From Candidatus Latescibacter sp. (GTDB taxonomy: Bacteria; Latescibacterota; Latescibacteria; Latescibacterales; Latescibacteraceae), in assembly GCA_030692375.1 (NCBI GenBank), contig JAUYCD010000109.1, forward strand, positions 9,221-73,220: a DNA stretch of 64,000 nt, written 5' to 3'. The translations under genes and the position numbers were made by a program. The notes beneath the pieces were generated by a model. The model saw only the letters and a list, made by a program, of their open reading frames with translations. It did not search any database and was not told the DNA's origin. Shown piece by piece: positions 28,427 to 38,470 of the stretch (positions within the stretch are counted from its first letter, which is position 1; each line of letters opens with the position of its first letter).

Positions 28427-30049
28427 GTGCTTATTCCCGGAGATAAAATGCCGAAGGTAGATTTTCTGATTATAGGGTCCGGTATCGCCGGTCTTTCCTT
28501 TGCGCTCAAGGTTGCCAAACTGGGCCGGGTGGCCATCATCACCAAAAAAGGCGATTGCGAGTCTTCCACCAATTACGCCCAGGGGGGCATCGCCAGCGTC
28601 CTGGGGAATGATGATTCCCCTGAACGTCATGTCGCCGATACACTGGCTGCCGGCGACGGCATCTGTCATGAAGATATGGTGCGGATGGTTGTCGAAGAGG
28701 GCCCGGGGATGATTGAGCAGTTGATTACCTGGGGCTGCCGGTTTAACCGTGAGCCGGACGGAACCCTGTCCCTGGGAAGAGAGGGAGGGCATACCCGTGA
28801 CCGGATCGTGCACACAGACGATCTTACCGGCCGTGAGATAGAGAGGGCGCTCATCGAGAGGGTGAAAGAGCATGAGAATATAACTTTTCTCAACAACCAC
28901 ATCGCGGTTGACCTCCTTACCGAGCATAATGTGGGGGTGATCAGCAAACACCGCTCCTTCAACTGTTTCGGCGCCTATGTCCTGGATGTTGAGAACGCCC
29001 GCATCGAGACTTTCATGGCGGGAACCACCCTTCTTGCCACCGGAGGGACCGGTCAGGTATACCTGCATACTACAAACCCTGAAATCGCCACCGGCGATGG
29101 GGTTGCCATGGCATTCCGCGCAGGCGCGAGCGTGGGAAACATGGAATTCATGCAGTTTCATCCCACTACGCTCAATCTCCCGGATGGAGGGTCGTTTCTT
29201 ATATCGGAAGCGGTAAGGGGATATGGCGGCATTCTGGTGACCGAGAGCGGGAAACGCCTCATGGAGTCTCATCCCATGAAAGACCTGGCTCCCAGAGATA
29301 TTGTGGCCCGGACAATCGACCATTACCTGAAAAGCAGCGGCCAGGAACAGGTGTACCTCGATATCACCGGATTCGACCCCGGCGCGACCAGGGCGCGATT
29401 TCCCCATATCCATGAAACCTGTCTCAGGTATGGTATCGACATTACCAGGGAACAGATTCCGGTTGTTCCGTCGGCGCACTATATGTGCGGAGGGGTGGTT
29501 ACCGATGCATGGGGACGGACCTCCATTTCCAATCTCTATGCAGCGGGAGAAACGGCATTCACCGGCCTGCACGGCGCGAACCGTCTGGCATCCAATTCCC
29601 TTCTCGAAGCGGTGGTCATGGCGGACCGTGCCGCGACGGCGGTGCGCAAAGAGCGCCAGAAACCCCAGGATCTCCCCGAAGTGCCCGACTGGAACGACCG
29701 CGGCACTTTTGACCCGGAGGAATGGGTTATCATATCACACGACAGGGAGAATATCCGTCGTCTCATGTGGGATCTGGTCGGCATTGTGCGGAGCGATTTC
29801 CGCCTGCGCCGGGCCATGAGCCGTATCGCTCTGATCCGTGAAGAAGTCGAGGAATACTACCGCCGCACCCGGCTTTCGCTCGAGTTGATCGAGCTTCGGA
29901 ACCTGGCGGTATCGGCCTGGCTTATTGTCGTATGCGCCCGGCACCGCAAGGAATCGCGGGGGCTGCACTATAATACCGATTACCCTGGCCGTGACGATCT
30001 GCTCTGGAAACATGATACCGTGATCAGGAATGAAGAGATACTTTTATAA
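28427..30049 (+). CDS. nadB: L-aspartate oxidase
   Basis: VDFLIIGSGIAGLSFAL..YAQGGIA.. FAD fold; length and motifs fit NadB. Confidence 0.88.
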   Translation: MLIPGDKMPKVDFLIIGSGIAGLSFALKVAKLGRVAIITKKGDCESSTNYAQGGIASVLGNDDSPERHVADTLAAGDGICHEDMVRMVVEEGPGMIEQLITWGCRFNREPDGTLSLGREGGHTRDRIVHTDDLTGREIERALIERVKEHENITFLNNHIAVDLLTEHNVGVISKHRSFNCFGAYVLDVENARIETFMAGTTLLATGGTGQVYLHTTNPEIATGDGVAMAFRAGASVGNMEFMQFHPTTLNLPDGGSFLISEAVRGYGGILVTESGKRLMESHPMKDLAPRDIVARTIDHYLKSSGQEQVYLDITGFDPGATRARFPHIHETCLRYGIDITREQIPVVPSAHYMCGGVVTDAWGRTSISNLYAAGETAFTGLHGANRLASNSLLEAVVMADRAATAVRKERQKPQDLPEVPDWNDRGTFDPEEWVIISHDRENIRRLMWDLVGIVRSDFRLRRAMSRIALIREEVEEYYRRTRLSLELIELRNLAVSAWLIVVCARHRKESRGLHYNTDYPGRDDLLWKHDTVIRNEEILL

Positions 30050-30066
30050 AGAAGGAATCCAGAATC

Positions 30067-30589
30067 CAGGAGCCAGAATCCAGAATCATGAAGCAAACAA
30101 ATGAGAATCTAATACTATACATTCTATCGATATCGCGGTTATGAAATGGAACGGTCTCCCGCAAAGAGTTTTGAAGATTTGCTGGTCTGGCAGAAATCAC
30201 ACCGGCTGGTTTTGGGTATATATAGCTTCAGCGAATCATTCCCAAATAAGGAAATGTACGGACTGATATCTCAGATAAGGCGCGCAGCGGTTTCCGTTCC
30301 TGCGAATATTGCCGAAGGTTTCAAAAAGCGGGGCTGTAACGATAAGGTTCGCTTCATGAACATAGCACAAGGTTCTTTGGAAGAATGTCGGTACTATCTT
30401 ATTCTGGCGAAAGATCTAGGATATGGGGACAGCATAAATTTGCTTAAACAGTTGGAAGAGGTGAGTAGACTCCTTGATTCATATTCCCGAACAATTAGTG
30501 CACAAAATTCCTGATATTATTGGAAGAAGAATATTCTGCTGTACTAATATATTTTCGCATTTATTCTGGATTCTGGATTCTGGCTCCTG
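30067..30589. mobile_element. Cassette of about 520 bp bounded by 21-bp perfect inverted repeats (caggagccagaatccagaatc) that carries the four-helix-bundle gene
   Basis: Left inverted repeat at 30067-30087 and right inverted repeat (as reverse complement) at 30569-30589. It sits between nadB and guaA. Confidence 0.6.
30146..30514 (+). CDS. Four-helix-bundle protein (23S rRNA intervening-sequence protein family, TIGR02436-like)
   Basis: ..FEDLLVWQKSHRLVLGIYSF..ISQIRRAAVSVPANIAEGF.R....F..IAQGSLEE..YL.LA.DLGY. Confidence 0.75.
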   Translation: MERSPAKSFEDLLVWQKSHRLVLGIYSFSESFPNKEMYGLISQIRRAAVSVPANIAEGFKKRGCNDKVRFMNIAQGSLEECRYYLILAKDLGYGDSINLLKQLEEVSRLLDSYSRTISAQNS

Positions 30590-30610
30590 AATTCTTCTTT
30601 TTGAGGTTTT

Positions 30611-32416
30611 ATGCTTAAAACAAACAAAATCACCATTCTCGATTTCGGCGGCCAGTACGCCCACCTTATCACCAAGCGGATCCGCCGCCTGGGAGTGTAC
30701 GCGGATATAAAGCATCCCGATGTGAGCCTGGAGGAATTGGGGCATCCCGGCGGCATCATTCTCTCCGGCGGGCCATCGAGCGTGTATGCAGAGAACGCGC
30801 CGCCCTTCAACCGTAAGATTCTCGGGACCGGCATTCCCATTCTGGGCTTGTGTTACGGCATGCAGCTTATCGCCTATTTCCTTGGCGGTGAGGTGCGAAG
30901 GCTCGCGAAGCGGGAGTACGGCCGGGCGGAGCTGGAAGTGACCGGGTACTCCCCCCTGTTCGAGGGACTTTCGCGCCGGGAGCTTGTGTGGATGAGTCAC
31001 GGCGATTCGGTGGCGAGTATCCCTGAAGGTTATCGGAGCATCGGAAAAACTTCCGACTGCCCCTTTGCCGCAGTCAGCAATGAGGAAGAGAAGATTTACG
31101 GTTTGCAGTTCCATCCCGAAGTCACCGATACCCCTTCCGGCAGCCGGATTCTGGAAAATTTCATCCGCATCTGCGGCCTTGAGCGGAACTGGTCGATGGA
31201 AGGGTATATCGAGGAGAAGATGAAAGAAATCCGGGAGAAGGTAGGCAGCCGTAATGTATTTCTCCTGGTGTCGGGAGGGGTAGATTCCACCGTGACCTTC
31301 ATGTTACTCAACCGTGCGCTGGGCGAAGACAGGGTGATCGGTATCCACATTGATAACGGGTTCATGCGGAAGAACGAAACCGCCGAAGTGAAGGAAGCCC
31401 TCGGCCGGCTCGGATTCCACAATCTCATTGTTGTGGACCGCACGGAAGATTTCCTTCGGGCGGTTGAAGGTCTGACCGACCCGCAGGAAAAGCGGAATGC
31501 TATCGGCGATGAATTCATGTATGTGAAAGACCGCGAGCTCGAGGCGCTGCACCTTGATCCCGACCGGTGGCTGCTTGGACAGGGAACGCTCTATCCGGAC
31601 ATAATCGAATCCGGAGGCAGCCGTCACGCCGATATAATCAAGACCCATCACAACCGCACAGATATGATCAAGAAAATGGTGGCGCGCGGTCAGGTGATAG
31701 AGCCGCTGGATCAGCTCTACAAGGACGAGGTGCGCGAAGTCGGCGAAAAGCTCGGACTGCCTCACGAGCTGGTCTGGCGTCATCCGTTCCCCGGACCGGG
31801 AATCGGAGTCCGGGTTTTGTGCGACCGTGGAGGAGTTTCCTCAGAGGATTTCAAAGAAATCCGCAGCCGGGTGAGAAAAAAAGCAAAACTTGCCGGGTAT
31901 GAGGCGATGATCCTGCCGGTGAAGAGTGTAGGAGTGCAGGGAGACTGCCGCACTTATGCCCATCCCGCCGCGCTGGACGGCCCGCCGGACTGGGAAAAAC
32001 TCGAGTTCCTCTCCACCGATATCACGAACGAGATTACCGGAGTGAACCGCGTGGTCCTCAAAATCGGCGGCGGCGCCCTGAAACCGCTTGTGAGCAAGGC
32101 TGCCACTCTTACCCGCGACCGACTCGACCTCCTCCGCGAGGCCGATAACCAGGCGATGCAGGTGCTCCGCGAGCATGGATTGTATGCAGAGATTTTTCAG
32201 ATGCCGGTGGTTCTTCTGCCCATATCGTCCGATGGTGTGAAAGAGAGCATAGTCATACGGCCGCTCCGGTCATCGGATGTGATGACCGCAAAGTTCTACC
32301 GGATGCCGGTCGGGAGTGTAGAGGAGATCGCAAGGAGGATTCTTGCGCTGGGGGTCATCGAGTATGTATTTTACGACCTCACCAACAAACCGCCGGGAAC
32401 GTTCGAGTGGGAATGA
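30611..32416 (+). CDS. guaA: GMP synthase (glutamine-hydrolysing)
   Basis: Class-I GATase N-terminus (ILDFGGQYAHLI..LGLCYGMQL..) followed by an ATP-pyrophosphatase SGGVDSTV P-loop and a C-terminal dimerisation domain. Confidence 0.9.
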   Translation: MLKTNKITILDFGGQYAHLITKRIRRLGVYADIKHPDVSLEELGHPGGIILSGGPSSVYAENAPPFNRKILGTGIPILGLCYGMQLIAYFLGGEVRRLAKREYGRAELEVTGYSPLFEGLSRRELVWMSHGDSVASIPEGYRSIGKTSDCPFAAVSNEEEKIYGLQFHPEVTDTPSGSRILENFIRICGLERNWSMEGYIEEKMKEIREKVGSRNVFLLVSGGVDSTVTFMLLNRALGEDRVIGIHIDNGFMRKNETAEVKEALGRLGFHNLIVVDRTEDFLRAVEGLTDPQEKRNAIGDEFMYVKDRELEALHLDPDRWLLGQGTLYPDIIESGGSRHADIIKTHHNRTDMIKKMVARGQVIEPLDQLYKDEVREVGEKLGLPHELVWRHPFPGPGIGVRVLCDRGGVSSEDFKEIRSRVRKKAKLAGYEAMILPVKSVGVQGDCRTYAHPAALDGPPDWEKLEFLSTDITNEITGVNRVVLKIGGGALKPLVSKAATLTRDRLDLLREADNQAMQVLREHGLYAEIFQMPVVLLPISSDGVKESIVIRPLRSSDVMTAKFYRMPVGSVEEIARRILALGVIEYVFYDLTNKPPGTFEWE

Positions 32417-32425
32417 GGAGGATAT

Positions 32426-32902
32426 ATGGAAACAACTGTGGATTTTGAAAAGAGAGATTTGTTTGTAGAAAGAGTTCACCAACTCATTTCCATGATGCAG
32501 AAATGGGTAACATATACCGGACTATATACTATCGTCTCAAATATTATAGTTGAGGAAACTATTCCGGGGAAATATACTATTGAAATGCTTGAAATTAATG
32601 ATAAAGATGGAAAACTTGTTGCAAAAGTAATCCCTGTCGGTGCGTATGTGATTGCAGCAGAAGGGCGTGTTGATATCAAAGGCTACCTGGGAAAAGAAAG
32701 TGTGGTATTCCTTAAATACGGCGGGCCTTCAATTGTTTCCAAAGTTAATGGAGAGGTTGACAGGGTATCGAGTCTTTACGATGGTATTACTGCCGAAGGA
32801 TGGTTTTGGATAGAAGATAAGCGGATGAGAAGGGCTTATCCATTTGATGAAAAGATATTTTTAGAACTAATAACCAGGGTGAGCGATTATGAGTTCCGTT
32901 GA
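32426..32902 (+). CDS. Hypothetical protein (158 aa), first gene of an AT-rich two-gene cassette
   Basis: ORF with an AGGAGGATAT RBS; no recognisable family. Confidence 0.5.
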   Translation: METTVDFEKRDLFVERVHQLISMMQKWVTYTGLYTIVSNIIVEETIPGKYTIEMLEINDKDGKLVAKVIPVGAYVIAAEGRVDIKGYLGKESVVFLKYGGPSIVSKVNGEVDRVSSLYDGITAEGWFWIEDKRMRRAYPFDEKIFLELITRVSDYEFR

Positions 32903-33446
32903 TCTTCTCCTGCCCATTTGGGAATCCTATCGTTTGCTTAAAGATTCTTCTGTTGTAACGAAGCGAGCACTGAACAGAGAATGGGAATCGCCTGAAGAGC
33001 AGAAATACTTCTTCGATGGTACCGAATTTCGCAGCGATACAAAATCTGAAGCCGCTGAGTCTGTAGATAGAAGTTTACAATCGATTGAAGATTTGATGAT
33101 TTTATCGTTATATGCGACTTTTGAGCGGTATATCATCGAATGCCTCCAGGAGAAGGGTGAATCGATAAAAGGCAAGAGACCTGAATGGTTATCCGATAAG
33201 TTGTATTTACGTTTTGAAAACAGCATCGAAAGAGGAAGTCTCGACGAAGTTTTTTCCTGGTTTAAAAATGCTCAGGTTATTGATAGCCAGCTTTTTGAGG
33301 ATTTAAAAAAGACAAAGATGTACCGAGATTGGATCGCTCATAGAAATCCAAAAAGAAAGCCTCAAGAAATAAGCGATCCTTCAACTGTTTATAGTATCCT
33401 TTCAACGGCGATTGAAAAAATCGATTCGGTTTTTCATATTCATTAA
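32889..33446 (+). CDS. Hypothetical protein (185 aa) with a candidate HEPN Rx4H motif (YRDWIAHRNPK)
   Basis: ATGA-type start overlap with the upstream gene; helical protein; the motif was read from the translation. Confidence 0.5.
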   Translation: MSSVDLLLPIWESYRLLKDSSVVTKRALNREWESPEEQKYFFDGTEFRSDTKSEAAESVDRSLQSIEDLMILSLYATFERYIIECLQEKGESIKGKRPEWLSDKLYLRFENSIERGSLDEVFSWFKNAQVIDSQLFEDLKKTKMYRDWIAHRNPKRKPQEISDPSTVYSILSTAIEKIDSVFHIH

Positions 33447-33465
33447 ACCATCGAGGAATCACTGC

Positions 33466-34257
33466 ATGAATATTGTTGTTTGCATAAAACAGGTTCCTGA
33501 CACCATGGATGTACGGATAGACCCGAAAACCAATACCCTGATCCGGGACGGAGTACCCTCGATCCTCAACCCGTTCGATGAATTCGCCATCGAAGAGGGC
33601 TTACGGATACGGGAAAAGCTTGGGGGGAAAGTGACCGCGGTCTCCATGGGGCCTCCCCAGGCGGCGGAGATTCTCAGGACCGCTCTAGCCATGGGAGTAG
33701 ATGCAGTGGTGCTGCTTTCCGATCGGGCGTTTGCCGGGTCGGATACTCTTGCGACTTCTTACACGCTCTCGCAAGGCATCGAAAAAATCGGGAATGTCGA
33801 TCTTGTAATCACCGGGAAACAGGCCATTGACGGCGACACCGCCCAGGTGGGTCCGGGGATTGCCTCCCGTCTCGGATTCACACAGCTTACCTATGTATCA
33901 AAAGTGGAAAATGTGGATATTGTGAACCGAACCATTACGGTGGAGCGCCTCCTGGATGATGGCCGTGAGCGTGTCGAGGGGAAACTCCCGGCTCTCCTGA
34001 CTGTGGTTAAAGACATCAATGTGCCCCGCCAGCCGTCGATTCTGAAGATGAAAAAAGCCCGCAGCGCCGAGATTCCCGTCTGGAAGGCGCAGGATATCGA
34101 GGCCGATCCTCAGAAAATCGGGCAGAACGGCTCGCCCACCTGGGTGGAGAGGATCTTTTCCCCCGAACAGAAAACCGGCGGTGAGATATTTCAGGGCGAA
34201 TCGAGCGAGGTGGCGGGAAGGCTGGCTGAACTTTTAATGGAAATGATGGCAAAATAG
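33466..34257 (+). CDS. etfB: Electron transfer flavoprotein beta subunit (FixA-type)
   Basis: MNIVVCIKQVPDT.. and ..VITGKQAIDGDTAQVGP.., the second-FAD/NADH-site signature reported for bifurcating Etfs. Confidence 0.85.
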   Translation: MNIVVCIKQVPDTMDVRIDPKTNTLIRDGVPSILNPFDEFAIEEGLRIREKLGGKVTAVSMGPPQAAEILRTALAMGVDAVVLLSDRAFAGSDTLATSYTLSQGIEKIGNVDLVITGKQAIDGDTAQVGPGIASRLGFTQLTYVSKVENVDIVNRTITVERLLDDGRERVEGKLPALLTVVKDINVPRQPSILKMKKARSAEIPVWKAQDIEADPQKIGQNGSPTWVERIFSPEQKTGGEIFQGESSEVAGRLAELLMEMMAK

Positions 34258-34266
34258 AGAGGACTC

Positions 34267-35463
34267 ATGGGAGTAACAATAATCGTAGATAAATGTACAG
34301 GCTGCCGTGCATGCGTCAAGGCATGCCCGTTCGGCGCCCTAGAGATGGTGAACGCCAAGGCTGTCTGCCTCGATTCATGCAACCTTTGCGGGATCTGTGT
34401 CGAATCCTGCAAGTTCGAGGCCATCGAAGCCCCCGCCCGCGATACCTCTCCGGTCGCGGATCCGGACAGCTACCGCGGTGTATGTGTTTTCATACAGGCG
34501 GATGGAGATTCCATCCATCACGTCTCGCTCGAACTGGTCGGAGAGTCCCGGAAACTTGCCGACGAACTGGGAACAGAAGTGTGCTGCATGGTGATGAGCG
34601 GTTCGGTGGAAAAAATCATAGACGACCTTTCTCATTATGACATACAACATATCTATACGGTGGAAAATCCCGTTCTCGCGCGCTATCGCACAGTACCCTA
34701 CGTCGAGGCCGCTTCCTTTTTGATTCGGAGTTTCCGGCCGGAGATCGTTCTCATCGGGGCCACATCCACCGGAAGAGATTTCGCCGGGGGGCTGGCCACC
34801 GAGCTCCAAACCGGACTCACCGCCGACTGCACCAGCCTGGATGTCGATGTTTCCGCCCGCAGCCTTCTCCAGACCCGTCCGGCTTTCGGCGGGAACATCA
34901 TGGCCACCATCAAATCCTCCCGCCACCGGCCTCAGATGGCGACCGTGCGGCCCAAGGTTTTCCCTATGCCGCTCCGGGGCGACCTGCGCCCGGTCAAAGT
35001 GGTAAAGATAAAAAGGAACCTGGCGGAAAACGGCCAGAAAACCCGTATCCTCGAATGGCTTCCTATTCGCGACGGAGTAAACCTTGCCGATGCCAATATC
35101 ATCGTCTCCGGCGGAAGAGGCATCGGAAAACCGGAGAATTTCGCCATTCTTCAGGAACTTGCCGACTTGCTCGGCGGGGCTTTGGGCGCCTCACGGGCGG
35201 CGGTGGATGCCGGTTGGATCGATTACTCCCACCAGGTGGGACAGACGGGACGGACAGTTCGTCCCATCGTCTACATTGCCTGCGGAATCTCCGGCGCCGT
35301 GCAGCATCTGGCCGGGATGAAAACGTCCGATGTGATTATCGCCGTCAACCGCGACCCTTCGGCGCCCATCTTCTCTGTGGCGACCTATGGGTACGTCGGC
35401 GATGTCATGGATATCGTTCCGAAAATGATCCAGGAATTGAAGAGCCGCATGGGACGGAAATGA
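34267..35463 (+). CDS. etfA: Electron transfer flavoprotein alpha subunit with an N-terminal 2x[4Fe-4S] ferredoxin domain (FixB-type)
   Basis: CTGCRACVKACPFGAL..CNLCGICVESCKFEAI followed by the EtfA FAD-binding domain. Confidence 0.85.
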   Translation: MGVTIIVDKCTGCRACVKACPFGALEMVNAKAVCLDSCNLCGICVESCKFEAIEAPARDTSPVADPDSYRGVCVFIQADGDSIHHVSLELVGESRKLADELGTEVCCMVMSGSVEKIIDDLSHYDIQHIYTVENPVLARYRTVPYVEAASFLIRSFRPEIVLIGATSTGRDFAGGLATELQTGLTADCTSLDVDVSARSLLQTRPAFGGNIMATIKSSRHRPQMATVRPKVFPMPLRGDLRPVKVVKIKRNLAENGQKTRILEWLPIRDGVNLADANIIVSGGRGIGKPENFAILQELADLLGGALGASRAAVDAGWIDYSHQVGQTGRTVRPIVYIACGISGAVQHLAGMKTSDVIIAVNRDPSAPIFSVATYGYVGDVMDIVPKMIQELKSRMGRK

Positions 35464-35556
35464 GATAATAATAGAATACAGGAGTCAGGAGTCAGAAGAC
35501 AGAATGAAAGACAAGGACGAAGGATGAAAAGATTGTCTCTTGAGCATGTTTTGAGT

Positions 35557-35628
35557 ATTTAGATCCTGAAACGAGTTCAGGATGACACGTGTCATGCCGA
35601 ACTTGTTTCGGCATCTATTCCAGGATCA
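35557..35628. repeat. Palindromic element agatcctgaaacgagttcagg-atgacacgtgtcat-gccgaacttgtttcggcatct
   Basis: Near-identical copies occur at 49680-49745 and, split by another repeat, at 56078-56190. A partial copy forms the 5' end of the 58320 gene. Confidence 0.8.
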
Positions 35629-35681
35629 GCAATCAGCGTATGCAGAAAAATGTTTTCCATATATAAGGATGGTGAAACTTC

Positions 35682-36959
35682 ATGAATAAAACTAGCGACA
35701 GTCCATCGGGGTGTTGTACGGGATCTTATCTTTCAAAATCAGATCCCGAAGTTTACGCCCAGATGGTTGAGGAATACGAACGTCAGCGCGGCAGCCTGGA
35801 AATGATAGCCTCGGAGAACTATGTTTCTCCGGCGGTTCTTGAAGCAGCAGGCTCGGTGCTCACCAACAAGTACGCCGAAGGTTATCCGGAGCGCCGTTAT
35901 TACGGCGGGTGCGAGTTTGTGGACAAAGTGGAGAATCTCGCCATCGAGCGCGCCATAAAACTGTTCGGCTGCGACCATGTGAATGTCCAGCCACATGCCG
36001 GTTCTCAGGCAAATATGGCGGCCTACTTTGCTTTAATCAAGCCCGGCGCGAAAATCATGGCCATGGACCTTGTTCACGGCGGCCACCTGACCCACGGCAG
36101 CAAGGTGAATTTCTCCGGTCGCATGTATCAGATCATTCCCTACGGTGTCCGTCCGGGCGACTGCCTCATCGATTATGACGGCCTTGCCCGGAAGGCCCGT
36201 GAAACCAAACCCGACCTGATAGTAGCCGGAGCGACCGCCTATCCAAGGCTGATCGATTTCACCCGATTCCGTGAAATAGCGGATGAAGCCGGGGCAAAAT
36301 TCATGGTGGACGCCGCCCATATAGCCGGACTCATCGCGGGCGGGGTACACCCCAGCCCCATACCCTGCGCGGACATTGTCACCTGCACGACCCACAAGAC
36401 CCTTCGCGGTCCACGCGGCGGAATGATCATGAGCACCGCGGAATTCGGCAGGGCGGTGGACAGGCAGGTTTTCCCCGGCATCCAGGGCGGGCCGCTCATG
36501 CATATCATCGCCGCCAAGGCGGTTGCATTCGGAGAGGCGTTGAAGCCTGAGTTCAAAGCGTATTCAGAAACGGTTGTTTCGAACTGCAGGATTCTTGCCG
36601 ATGTGCTCCTGTCGTACGGTTTCAAGCTCGTTTCCGGCGGTACTGACAACCATCTGATCCTGGTGGATTTCACCGGCGCCGGAATTACAGGAAAAGCCGC
36701 CCAGGAGGCTCTCGGCGTGGCCGGAATTACCGTGAACAAGAACAATGTTCCGTTCGACACCGCCAGCCCGGCAGTAACCAGCGGAATGCGCATCGGCGCC
36801 GCGGCTCTCACCACCCGTGGCATGCGCGCCGGGGAAATGCGCCGTGTTGCCTCCATGATCAAACGGGCGCTGGAATCGATCGATGACGCCGATAATCTCC
36901 TGAAAATCCGTGAGGAAACCCGGGAGATGGCCGAGTCGTTCCCGATATTCGCGTGGTAA
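35682..36959 (+). CDS. glyA: Serine hydroxymethyltransferase
   Basis: ..[30 protein letters not shown].. Confidence 0.95.
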   Translation: MNKTSDSPSGCCTGSYLSKSDPEVYAQMVEEYERQRGSLEMIASENYVSPAVLEAAGSVLTNKYAEGYPERRYYGGCEFVDKVENLAIERAIKLFGCDHVNVQPHAGSQANMAAYFALIKPGAKIMAMDLVHGGHLTHGSKVNFSGRMYQIIPYGVRPGDCLIDYDGLARKARETKPDLIVAGATAYPRLIDFTRFREIADEAGAKFMVDAAHIAGLIAGGVHPSPIPCADIVTCTTHKTLRGPRGGMIMSTAEFGRAVDRQVFPGIQGGPLMHIIAAKAVAFGEALKPEFKAYSETVVSNCRILADVLLSYGFKLVSGGTDNHLILVDFTGAGITGKAAQEALGVAGITVNKNNVPFDTASPAVTSGMRIGAAALTTRGMRAGEMRRVASMIKRALESIDDADNLLKIREETREMAESFPIFAW

Positions 36960-37035
36960 AAACAAAGAAGGTAAAGACTGTCTGAACCACTGATAAAAAA
37001 GTATTGTTTACATTATTTTCTGGTGCTTCTATACC

Positions 37036-37140
37036 TCACCCCCTGTCCCCCTCTCCTAGTCAGGAGAGGGGGTAACTCGCGGCGGGCCATGTTATTACCC
37101 TCTCCTAATTAGGAGAGGGTGGCTGAAAGCCGGGTGAGGT
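37036..37140. repeat. Compound palindromic element: cctcaccc outer inverted repeats with cccctctcctagtcaggagagggg and ccctctcctaattaggagaggg hairpins
   Basis: Read directly from the sequence; it lies after glyA. Confidence 0.8.
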
Positions 37141-37162
37141 TTTTCTTCGAAGGGGAAGAACA

Positions 37163-37612
37163 ATGAAATGTCCTTTCTGCGGTTCGGATACGGATAAGGT
37201 AGTCGATTCACGGTCGGCGAAAAACGGCGAATCCATTCGCAGGCGCCGTGAGTGCCTGAAATGCTGCCAGCGTTTCACCACCTACGAGTATATCGAGGAT
37301 GTTTCGCTCAATGTCATCAAATCCGACGGCACCCGTGAGCCGTTCGACCGGAAAAAGCTCCTGAAGGGCATTGCCATATCCTGCGCCAAACGGCCAATTT
37401 CCACCGACAAGCTTGACGAGATCGTGGACGAAATAACCCGTCAGATCGAAACCCGTGGAGAGCGAGAGATATCCTCCCACGATATTGGCGAGATGGTCAT
37501 GGCGCGGCTCAAGGACATGGATGATGTAGCGTATGTGAGGTTTGCCTCAGTTTATCGTAAGTTCAAAGACAAGAACGAATTTTTGCAGGAGCTGAACCGC
37601 ATCCTGGAGTAG
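37163..37612 (+). CDS. nrdR: Transcriptional repressor NrdR
   Basis: [42 protein letters not shown].. zinc ribbon plus ATP-cone. Confidence 0.92.
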   Translation: MKCPFCGSDTDKVVDSRSAKNGESIRRRRECLKCCQRFTTYEYIEDVSLNVIKSDGTREPFDRKKLLKGIAISCAKRPISTDKLDEIVDEITRQIETRGEREISSHDIGEMVMARLKDMDDVAYVRFASVYRKFKDKNEFLQELNRILE

Positions 37613-37645
37613 TATTCACGCAGCGCATTTCTTCGAGGCAGGAAC

Positions 37646-38338
37646 TTGATCGGCGAAAATGTTAAAAGAGTCTTTGGCGAGATAGCGGATGCTGCCTTAT
37701 TGTCCGGCCGTGATCCCTCGGAGATAATCCTGGTGGCGGTCGCCAAAACCCGCACTGTGGGTGAAATCAGAGAGGCGGTGAAAGCCGGAATCACCCATCT
37801 CGGCGAGAACCGGGTGCAGGAAGCGGCAGAGAAGATTCCCCTTCTGGAAAAAGGGCCGGTCTGGCACATGGTCGGCTCACTCCAGTCGAACAAGGCAAAG
37901 GTGGCAGCAGGGTTGTTTGACTGGATCGACAGCATTCACGCAAGAAAGACAGCCGACATACTCTCCGGTCAGGCGCAGAACCTGGGGAAAACCCTTCAGG
38001 TTCTCGTGCAGGTCAATATTTCCGGGGAGGTTGCGAAATCGGGAGTTGTCCCGGAGGAAGCAAAAGACCTTGTTCTCTATACTGAGAGCCTTCCCGGTCT
38101 TGCGCTTCGGGGGCTTATGACCATCGGGTCTTTCTTTGTGTCTCCCGAGGTTACCCGGAATGAGTTCCGGCGGATGAAAATACTGTTTGACAGCCTGCGT
38201 GATGACCGCCTTGTGAAATCCCGCCTGGATATTCTCTCCATGGGCATGTCCGGCGATTTTCAGATTGCTGTCGAAGAGGGGGCCACCATGGTAAGAATCG
38301 GTCAGGCGATATTCGGAGAGAGAAGGTTCGGGCAGTAA
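37646..38338 (+). CDS. YggS-family pyridoxal-phosphate homeostasis protein
   Basis: ..VAVAKTRTVGEIREAVKAGITHLGENRVQEA..WHMVGSLQSNKAK..; the upstream start is uncertain. Confidence 0.85.
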   Translation: MIGENVKRVFGEIADAALLSGRDPSEIILVAVAKTRTVGEIREAVKAGITHLGENRVQEAAEKIPLLEKGPVWHMVGSLQSNKAKVAAGLFDWIDSIHARKTADILSGQAQNLGKTLQVLVQVNISGEVAKSGVVPEEAKDLVLYTESLPGLALRGLMTIGSFFVSPEVTRNEFRRMKILFDSLRDDRLVKSRLDILSMGMSGDFQIAVEEGATMVRIGQAIFGERRFGQ

Positions 38339-38470
38339 AGGAATTACCCAATTGAGTTTCACTCATTTCATCCAGATAGCTCTGAGCAGCGCCGAAATTA
38401 CCATAATTTTTTATGATGATTCTGAAAACTTTTTGATATATTATTTCGAACTTTGAGAGGAGGGAATAAC

